Origin: Auanema rhodensis | Taxonomy: Eukaryota; Animalia; Nematoda | Length of the DNA stretch: 64,000 bases | Direction of reading: 5' to 3' | Assembly: GCA_964057225.1 (NCBI GenBank) | Contig: OZ059896.1 | Span: 5,642,001-5,706,000 of the forward strand | In this document: positions 13,350 through 20,807 of the stretch, one piece after another | Layout of the letters: each line of letters begins with the position of its first letter | Numbering within the stretch: the first letter of the stretch is position 1 | Translations under genes and position numbers: made by a program | Notes under the pieces: model-generated | The model's database searches: none | The model's input: only the letters and a program-made list of their open reading frames with translations | What the model was told of the DNA's origin: nothing

Positions 13350-16300
13350 TCATAATGTTGCAGCAAGCTTTTTGATGAGATCCTTATGTACTTTTCTCAT
13401 CTTTCCTTGACTCATTTCCAATTCCACATATGAGTTGTATACGCCTGTAATTTTGAACGGTCCATTATAAGTGGGTCGCAATTTGCCGTGAATCGTCATA
13501 TCCTTCAATAGTACCATTTCACCTATTTCAAATATACGTGATGCTATTCGGTTACTATTATTCAGCCGATTTTGTTGTTCAATTGATTTTAATTGAATTT
13601 TTTCTTGAATAGAATCCCAGGTATTTTTCCGGTTCTCATTTCTTTCCAATAATTCGTCATCTTCAGGAGAATTTAGATGAGGTTGTCCTGGTAATTGACG
13701 GTCCATAGGTAGGCGTGCGTCTCTTCCAAATAAAGCAATGTATGGGCTGATTCCGGTAGTTGTACTTGGGATTGTATTTAACGCGAATGTGATTTTAGGT
13801 AATTGTGAGGCCCATTGAGAGACACGGTTTTCAGCACAAGTGGATAAACATTCCTGGATGGTTCGATGTAGTCGTTCCACTTGACCGTTTGTATTTTTGT
13901 GATATGGCAGAGAGAAGGTTTGTACAATTCCAAATTCGTTGCACATTAACTTGAATTCTTTAGATATAAAATTTCCTCCATTGTCAGACACGATGCTCAC
14001 TGGTGGTCCAAAAATGAAGACGAAATTCGTCAGGAACTTTCGGACTGTTTCTTCGGCATTCTGTGTGCGTAAAGGTATGCTCGTTATCCATTTCGAAAAA
14101 GCATCTTGAATAGAAAGAATATATTTAAATCCATTAGTGCTAGGGGAAAAAGGTCCTGTCACATCCATATGAATCCTATCAAATGGTTTTTGTGGGGTAA
14201 CAAACTTTCCATATGGTTCTCTCGTTGTATCATGTTGATTTATTTTCCTTTTTGCGCATGTCAGGCATTGGCTGACGATCTCTTTCGCATCTTCCATCAT
14301 ATTTGTCCAATGGAATCTTCTTGATAATGCTGCATGTGTTCTTTTGATTCCTTGATGCGCTCCAATTCTTGCGTCTTCATGAAAAAGTTTCGCAAGTACT
14401 TGATTCAATGTCTTTTGTTTTGGAATCATAATCCTTGGAGAAAGATATTGTTTGTTAGGTCGAGCATGTAAAACTCCGTCGATAACAATATATCTATCGC
14501 TATTAATCTGTTTAGGTTGTTCCGTTAACATATCAGCAATAGTTTCCTTAATCCATGGTGTTCCTTGTTGTAACTGAATTAGTTTGTCGGTATCCAGAGT
14601 TTCCACATTGGTTACATTTATGAGATAGTTGATGGTTTCTTGGATATCCGTTAAACTTGTTGTTGGCGTTGTCTTCTGTAGCTTCGGTTTAGGACCATCG
14701 TTAGCTTCGTTGCCTATGTATCTGGATAGTGCATCACATACACTATTCATACGTCCTGGACGGTACATAATCACAATATCATATTCCTGGATCATTAACT
14801 GATATTTCGCTAGTCTTCCAATAAGATCTCTTCTACTCATTAGACTGGTTAGTGGTCGATGATCCGTTATTAGCTTAGTTGACGTGCCTAAAACATATGT
14901 GCGAAATTGTTGTAATGCGTAGACGAGTGCCAAAGCTTCTAATTCGATAGGTGGGTATTTTCTTTCTGTAGGTGAGAGCTTCCTACTTGCGAACGCAACA
15001 GGGTGTAATCCATTTCCTGTATCTTGTAGTAAGACTGCTCCAATTGCAATAGTACTAGCGTCACTTTCAATAACAAAAGGTGCTCCATTTGTTGGTGGCT
15101 TCAGAACTGGTGCTGTGCATAGAGCTTTCTTGAGAGTCTCGAATGCTTTTTCACGTTCTTCCGTCCATTCGAAATCTTGATCCTTGTGTGTGAGTTGATA
15201 CAACGGTTCGGCTATTTTGGCGTAGTCTCTGATGAATCGCCGAAAATAATTTGTCATTCCAAGGAATGAACGAATAGCGGTGACCGTTTTAGGAGTTGGA
15301 AATTTCATAACGGCTGTAATTTTTGATGGATCAGGTTGTATTCCATCACGACCAATTATAAATCCAAGAAATTTAACTTGTGTAGCTGCAAATTTGCATT
15401 TACTTAGTTTTGCTTTCATTCCTAATCCTTGTAAAGCTTGTAACACTTCTTCTATATCCTCCAGATGTTGTTCAGCTGTGTTTGATATAATGAGTAGATC
15501 ATCCAGATAAACAAAAAGTCGACATTTTACTTGATTTTGCAAATAGCGAACAGCTGATTGAAATGTATGTGGAGCTCCACAGAGACCCATCGGCATTCTG
15601 CAATATTGATAAACTCCTGATGAGGTCACAAATGCAGTGAGGTGACGGTCTTCTTCACGTAAAGGAATTTGAAAAAATCCCGATACGAGATCGATGTTTG
15701 TGAAGTATCGAGCTCCTGCAGTGCTGTCGATTATTTCTGGTATATGAGGAATAGAATAAGTCTGTTTCTGTGTGACACTATTGAGTGCACGGAAGTCCGT
15801 TACAAAGCGGAATGAGTTGTCTTTCTTCTTGACTAAGACGACTGGACTTGTAAAACTTGATGTTGATGTTTCTATTACTCCTTGGTCCAGCATTTCTTTT
15901 ACTTGACGTTCAACTTCATCCTGTTTACCCAAAGGAACTCGATATGATCGAGATTTGGGCAGGTCCATATCGGTTCTCAAAGTGATTGAATGTTCTATTG
16001 GTCCTTTGAATAATCCAATGTTCCGATCTTCGTTAAAAAAAGCATTTTTGAATCTTCTCAACATAGTTTTGAGATTTTGACGTTGATTTTTAGATAGATC
16101 CGTTGATTCGAATTTTAAGTTATCGAAAGGATTCTTCTCAAAAATAGGCAATTTATCTGACCAATCAGCTTCTGGTGGAATATAGTCCGGTATATGTGGG
16201 ATTCCAATTTCTTCTGCTATTTTTCCTTTTCCAATAATGGTGTTTCCTGTTAACTTCACCTCATAATTTGCTGTATTGATGGCGAATATTGTGAGTGGTG

Positions 16301-19300
16301 AAGTCTTGATAGCAGTAGGTGTGAATTGAATAGGTCCATTTCCACATCGTATAAGAGCGTATTGTTTTGGTTGTAGTTCTTTTGCCAATTGTAGACGAAT
16401 CATAGCTTTAGTTCGGGGTGGAATAATAGATTCTCTAATGTTTATAATTGAAACGGTGTCTGAACTGATGCGAAAGCTCTTCTGGTTAGCGGATAATAAT
16501 GGTAGAAAATGGTTTCCAACTATTAATTGCTTGCGTAGAGCTTGTAGAGAAGTTGTTATTCCTTTTTCTTCTAATGCTTTCATGATGTCCAAACCAAGTA
16601 ACATTTCAGTAGGACAATGTTTATCCTCAGAGATTAAAAATGTGTGTGAAAGATGGTATCCAGCAATAACAATGTCCAACGTTATTGTACCCAGAAAGTT
16701 GAATATTGATCCATTTGCTGCGGTGGCAGAGATTTTAGTTGAGTTGAAATTCTCTTTTCCTAAATAGCGTACTGATGATTCCTTCAAATATGAAACAGAT
16801 GCTCCGCTATCCCATAAAGCTACGAGTCCTCTGCCTTCTGCTTCGATTCTTATATATGGGAGTTCTCTTTTGTTTGTTGCACAGCATCCAACAAAAGGTA
16901 TAATAATAGGAATAAAAGTGATGACAGTAGGAAAATATCTTCGAATAGTTTCATCGTCGGCTGGAACATCGATGTCAGCGTTGAGTAGTTCGTGTTGTTC
17001 AACTGCATTCACATTTAAGATAGGAACTTTCTCTTTGATATAAGATACAACAATAATGTATAATGCTGATCCAAAGATTAATATAACTATCATAACACCT
17101 GCAGAGATAAACATTCTGTTGAGGGATCCAGCAAAGAAATCAACTCCTCGTTCCCATAGTGATGATGCAATATTTTGAGTAGAACTAAAAAGTTCGTTAC
17201 TTTTTGTAAACCATTCTGATAAGCCTGGCAAATTCGCTTGATTCGTGATAACTCGTAGAAAAGTTCTATGAGGATTGGTAGCGAAAATGTGTCCATATGT
17301 TAAGCTTATTGTTCTAACTAAGTTTTCATCGGTGATATTTTCATAAAGATTTCTTTGTGAAAATCGAATGGCTGCTAGATCGGGATACTGATCTGAACCA
17401 ATGTTTAAAGCAGTTACGTTTGTAACTCCGTTGAGGGATTTCCATTCTCCATCCTCTTTCCATATATCATTTTCTACTGTTTCACATGGAATTTCAGTTC
17501 CATATGCTTCCAAATCTGCTGAATCTTGAGGTGCAAAGTAGAGGCGGTCATCATCCGTGATGACGGGTGTTTCTAAATAACACTTATCCTTGTATGTGTG
17601 GTTGCGATAAATGTGAATTGGTTCTATTGGCTGACAGGTTGAAACCCGAATAAGATTCCGTCCAATTATTCGAGCCACTACATCATCTCGTTGCATAATA
17701 GATCGGATAGCAATCGTAGGATTGATATTAAATATAGCTTGCCATGTCTTAATAAGTTCAAGTTGAGCATGACATATGCTGTGATGTTGATGATGAAATT
17801 CTTCGACCAGTATGGTTCTCATTCGTTCAAATCCATAGTTGAGTTTGTTGATGGTAGTTAATGCATCTCGATGTCGAAGTATAGTATTCTGGTGATCAGT
17901 TAAGTGAGTGCCGAATAATTCTTGAGCTTTCTCTATGCTTCCAATCATGGGTTGCATTGATGTCATCCCTTGAATAGTACTAATTGTTTGTTTTGTAGTA
18001 GATGATGTATTTACAACAGGTTTTGAGGTAGCACTAAGAAATCGTGCAGTTGGCGTAGTTTTAGTGGTGATAGAGCGACTGAATACTCTTTTTGTAATCT
18101 CTTCAGGTGCTGGTTTTGAAAACCATGACATTAAATCAGTTAATTGTTTAGCGTCAATATTGATGTTACGGCTGTAGAGATCTTCTTTATTCGAAGGCAT
18201 CGGTATTCCAAAATTGGTTTCTCGGTTTCTGAGTGTCCAGTTATCCAACAGCTTTAATTTCATTTCATATACTTGATCTTTCACTTGTCGTTGCATAAAA
18301 TGACTATGAAAGAACAGTTTCATTCGATAATATTCTATCAGTTGAGGTTGAGAATACTGATAGCGTAGTTCACGAAGTAATTCTTTTGCTTTATATACCA
18401 CAGAACGTGGATCTCCAAATGTGAAGTTGAGATGGTTTTGATATACTGTGAATATCAAAAATTCGAGTGGTGGCACATATTCTGTTTCGGATAAGATTGC
18501 AGGTATTTGTATCAATTCCCATAATTTATCTCTTGCAACCGAAATTGTAGAATTGCCTGGTTTAACTATTCTTTTTATATAATTGATAGGAAGTCGGTGT
18601 GCTAGTTGACCGATGACAAAACTAGGCTCCATTTGTTCGATCCACATTTTTGTAATCATCTTGCTTTCTTCTCCTCCTAGAGCATGTAGTAAGAGAATAT
18701 TCGGATCGCGGAAGTCTTTTAAATTTGCCCAGTAATCTATAGTATGATCAGTAATGTTCAAAACATGGACAGCTGACAGCAAAAATTGATGATATCGAGC
18801 AATAACAGTCAGGTTCTGATATTCGTTGCTAACTGATTGATAGTGATACCAGTTATGAATATATCGTATGGTATTTCCGCCAGACGTGACAGTATATCTA
18901 GCAAACGGTAGATCCAATATTTGAATAGGAGTTAACTTATATTCCATTTCTGAGCGAAATGACGCAATTAAGGATGAATTTGTTGAACGTTTATAGCGTT
19001 GGCGTGAAGGATCCATTTGATTATCCAAATAACTTGTTAGATCCAGTAGAGAATATGCATGCGGATAATCAATAAACGAGACAAGAGTCTCAGTAGTGGA
19101 TTCAAAAATTGGTGAAGAAAAACAAGATTGAGTTGTAGTAGATGCTGAGGTGTTGGCTAAGACAAGTGCTGTTTCTAGACTTGATATTAGCAGTGTTTGA
19201 TCTCCAAGTATTCCATACAGAGGTCCAATACGTGTGTATTGGCATGGTGCTCGGGGTGTGGGTGGTTTCCAAACTACTGAACCATCTCCAAATGTACAGC

Positions 19301-20807
19301 TTCCCATTTGAGCTTTACAGCCTTCGGCGTTGACAATTAAGTCAGATACAATAGTATTGTCCTTTAAATTTGTAATAACTCCTCGCTCCATCACAAATTG
19401 AGTTAAGTTGGCGCATTGAGTAAAACTGAAGAAACGTTCCGGTTCATATACTGGCTTAGGAGCTTCATATGTAAGTGGATTAGCGCTCAACAGTTTTTCA
19501 TTTTTCCATTTCTTGTCTCGAGCAGCTATACGGCATTCTTCTACAGATACATATCCATTACCAATGATGGTGTCATTGCTTTCTCGGAACCAAAATTGAT
19601 CCGTTACACATAATCGATAGATGCGTGTATAACATTTCCACGCTTCCCATGTTACGACGGTTTGTTTAGGAATGAACAATTCAACGTTAACTTGATGAGC
19701 TTGTTGAATTGCTTTCCGTTGGCATCCTGTTATCTCTGGTGGTGTCATCAGAATTCCTCCTTTATGAGCTAAACATAGTTGATATGAAGCATTCACAGTG
19801 GGAAGCAGAAATGTGCAGATTATTGTTGTGAGCAGGAATGGTAATGCAATAGTATTTATATTGAATCGAGGTTTCCATCGTCGTTGATTGCCTTGATTCT
19901 CTCTTGGATAATTGTCGCGATTATTCCTGGCAAAGTTGTCTCGATTTTCTCTTTGATAATTGTTGCGAGGTTCTCTCGAATGGTGATTACTCTCCATTGA
20001 GTAGTTGTTTCCATAATTTTGTCGAGGGCCAGAGTTCCTGCTGAATTTATTTTTGAAATTCTTCCAAGGGTTTCTTGAATTGTTGCCATTGTTCCGTTCG
20101 AAATCTCGTGGCTGCTGATGGTTCCTTTGGTTCCTATTTTCCTTCATGGTGATCTTCTGAACTGCAGAGATCAACTCTTGCATAGTTGAGTTTTCTTCAT
20201 GCTGTTTTTTATAGTTAGCACGAATTGCTTCTTCAAAACGTGCTGTCCTTTTTGCTTCCTCATAAGTCTTCGGATCTTTTCCTTGAACAATTATGCCTAA
20301 ATCAGCGTTCAATCCATTTAAGAAAGCTGATCTTAATATGAGCTCTCTTTCTCGATCAGTTGGGCTCATAATACTGGAAGCCATTTCTTCCAAGTATGAG
20401 GCAAACTGAGTAACAGTTTTCTCTCCTTGCGTCGAGCGTAGCAACTTTGCGATCGTGAAATTCCTTTCCGTGGCAGGGCAAAGTAACTCTGCCAATTGTG
20501 AAACAAGGTCTTTCCAAGGTCCTCGTTCACGAATTTCGGAAGGAATCGAGTTATATGCAGAGATCGCAGAATCATTCTGCTGAAGCAGCAGAGGAAGAAG
20601 AAAAATTCTTTCAATTACAGAAAGTCCCGCAGCATTCGCGAATCGGTTAAATATATCGATGTACGATCGAAAGCTTCGGCTACCATCGTATTTGGGGCAG
20701 TGTGGACTGCCTAGAACTTTTGTTAAGTTTTTGGTCAACTCTGGAGATGCCATTAAATTAGGCGTTTCCAGAGTTGAATCTCTGTTTGATTGCTCATGTG
20801 GTCTCAT
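13350..20807 (-). CDS. Gag-Env-Pol polyprotein (2,485 aa from the first ATG; frame is open to 21053)
   Basis: Single frame with no stop or frameshift, ending in TGA at 13350-13352. The track start at 20876 is a TTG. The first in-frame ATGs are at 20807 (MRPHEQ) and 20753 (MASPEL). Confidence 0.93.
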   Translation of the reverse strand: MRPHEQSNRDSTLETPNLMASPELTKNLTKVLGSPHCPKYDGSRSFRSYIDIFNRFANAAGLSVIERIFLLPLLLQQNDSAISAYNSIPSEIRERGPWKDLVSQLAELLCPATERNFTIAKLLRSTQGEKTVTQFASYLEEMASSIMSPTDRERELILRSAFLNGLNADLGIIVQGKDPKTYEEAKRTARFEEAIRANYKKQHEENSTMQELISAVQKITMKENRNQRNHQQPRDFERNNGNNSRNPWKNFKNKFSRNSGPRQNYGNNYSMESNHHSREPRNNYQRENRDNFARNNRDNYPRENQGNQRRWKPRFNINTIALPFLLTTIICTFLLPTVNASYQLCLAHKGGILMTPPEITGCQRKAIQQAHQVNVELFIPKQTVVTWEAWKCYTRIYRLCVTDQFWFRESNDTIIGNGYVSVEECRIAARDKKWKNEKLLSANPLTYEAPKPVYEPERFFSFTQCANLTQFVMERGVITNLKDNTIVSDLIVNAEGCKAQMGSCTFGDGSVVWKPPTPRAPCQYTRIGPLYGILGDQTLLISSLETALVLANTSASTTTQSCFSSPIFESTTETLVSFIDYPHAYSLLDLTSYLDNQMDPSRQRYKRSTNSSLIASFRSEMEYKLTPIQILDLPFARYTVTSGGNTIRYIHNWYHYQSVSNEYQNLTVIARYHQFLLSAVHVLNITDHTIDYWANLKDFRDPNILLLHALGGEESKMITKMWIEQMEPSFVIGQLAHRLPINYIKRIVKPGNSTISVARDKLWELIQIPAILSETEYVPPLEFLIFTVYQNHLNFTFGDPRSVVYKAKELLRELRYQYSQPQLIEYYRMKLFFHSHFMQRQVKDQVYEMKLKLLDNWTLRNRETNFGIPMPSNKEDLYSRNINIDAKQLTDLMSWFSKPAPEEITKRVFSRSITTKTTPTARFLSATSKPVVNTSSTTKQTISTIQGMTSMQPMIGSIEKAQELFGTHLTDHQNTILRHRDALTTINKLNYGFERMRTILVEEFHHQHHSICHAQLELIKTWQAIFNINPTIAIRSIMQRDDVVARIIGRNLIRVSTCQPIEPIHIYRNHTYKDKCYLETPVITDDDRLYFAPQDSADLEAYGTEIPCETVENDIWKEDGEWKSLNGVTNVTALNIGSDQYPDLAAIRFSQRNLYENITDENLVRTISLTYGHIFATNPHRTFLRVITNQANLPGLSEWFTKSNELFSSTQNIASSLWERGVDFFAGSLNRMFISAGVMIVILIFGSALYIIVVSYIKEKVPILNVNAVEQHELLNADIDVPADDETIRRYFPTVITFIPIIIPFVGCCATNKRELPYIRIEAEGRGLVALWDSGASVSYLKESSVRYLGKENFNSTKISATAANGSIFNFLGTITLDIVIAGYHLSHTFLISEDKHCPTEMLLGLDIMKALEEKGITTSLQALRKQLIVGNHFLPLLSANQKSFRISSDTVSIINIRESIIPPRTKAMIRLQLAKELQPKQYALIRCGNGPIQFTPTAIKTSPLTIFAINTANYEVKLTGNTIIGKGKIAEEIGIPHIPDYIPPEADWSDKLPIFEKNPFDNLKFESTDLSKNQRQNLKTMLRRFKNAFFNEDRNIGLFKGPIEHSITLRTDMDLPKSRSYRVPLGKQDEVERQVKEMLDQGVIETSTSSFTSPVVLVKKKDNSFRFVTDFRALNSVTQKQTYSIPHIPEIIDSTAGARYFTNIDLVSGFFQIPLREEDRHLTAFVTSSGVYQYCRMPMGLCGAPHTFQSAVRYLQNQVKCRLFVYLDDLLIISNTAEQHLEDIEEVLQALQGLGMKAKLSKCKFAATQVKFLGFIIGRDGIQPDPSKITAVMKFPTPKTVTAIRSFLGMTNYFRRFIRDYAKIAEPLYQLTHKDQDFEWTEEREKAFETLKKALCTAPVLKPPTNGAPFVIESDASTIAIGAVLLQDTGNGLHPVAFASRKLSPTERKYPPIELEALALVYALQQFRTYVLGTSTKLITDHRPLTSLMSRRDLIGRLAKYQLMIQEYDIVIMYRPGRMNSVCDALSRYIGNEANDGPKPKLQKTTPTTSLTDIQETINYLINVTNVETLDTDKLIQLQQGTPWIKETIADMLTEQPKQINSDRYIVIDGVLHARPNKQYLSPRIMIPKQKTLNQVLAKLFHEDARIGAHQGIKRTHAALSRRFHWTNMMEDAKEIVSQCLTCAKRKINQHDTTREPYGKFVTPQKPFDRIHMDVTGPFSPSTNGFKYILSIQDAFSKWITSIPLRTQNAEETVRKFLTNFVFIFGPPVSIVSDNGGNFISKEFKLMCNEFGIVQTFSLPYHKNTNGQVERLHRTIQECLSTCAENRVSQWASQLPKITFALNTIPSTTTGISPYIALFGRDARLPMDRQLPGQPHLNSPEDDELLERNENRKNTWDSIQEKIQLKSIEQQNRLNNSNRIASRIFEIGEMVLLKDMTIHGKLRPTYNGPFKITGVYNSYVELEMSQGKMRKVHKDLIKKLAATL
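13353..14490 (-). other. Integrase (HHCC, DD35E, GPF motif; no chromodomain)
   Basis: FH...AHQG...CLTC; MDVTGP (D 14163-14165), SDNG (D 13983-13985), VER (E 13875-13877) with 35 residues between the second D and E; YNGPFKI. Confidence 0.96.
14715..15075 (-). other. RNase H (approximate limits)
   Basis: ESDAS..IGAVL, ELEALA, TDHRPL, DALSR. Confidence 0.95.
15300..16030 (-). other. Reverse transcriptase (approximate limits)
   Basis: SPVVLVKKKD, DFRALN, IDLVSGFFQI, TAF, MPMGL, YLDD (15498-15509), KCKF, FLG. Confidence 0.97.
16497..16862 (-). other. Retropepsin aspartic protease
   Basis: ALWDSGASVSYL (D at 16809-16811), ATAANGS flap, MLLGLDIM. Confidence 0.92.
17037..19787 (-). other. env: Envelope glycoprotein, class III fusion-protein-like (aa 364-1280)
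   Basis: AWKC..C..FWF..SVEEC (rhabdovirus-G-like fusion domain pattern). Furin site RYKR|S at 18987-18998. KLNYGF..IC..Q..W..INPT..VVARIIG..C..CY..P (gB/chuvirus-like helix and crown pattern). About 13 N-x-S/T sequons. TM MFISAGVMIVILIFGSALYIIVVSYI at 17037-17114. Confidence 0.82.
19788..19850 (-). other. Internal signal peptide for Env (aa 343-363, IALPFLLTTIICTFLLPTVNA|S)
   Basis: Basic n-region (RRWKPR), hydrophobic core, then Pro and V-N-A at positions -3 to -1, followed by a Cys-rich domain with glycosylation sequons. Confidence 0.8.
19851..20807 (-). other. gag: Gag domain (capsid-like region plus N/R/Q-rich basic tail)
   Basis: PKYDGSRSFRSYIDIFNRFA and QGEKTVTQFASYL...FLNGL resemble retrotransposon capsid motifs. 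No CCHC knuckle. Confidence 0.8.

Noticed and set aside
19851-19900. Gag-pol frameshift or readthrough signal
   Set aside because: All domains are in one frame with no intervening stop, so none is required. I saw no convincing slippery site here.
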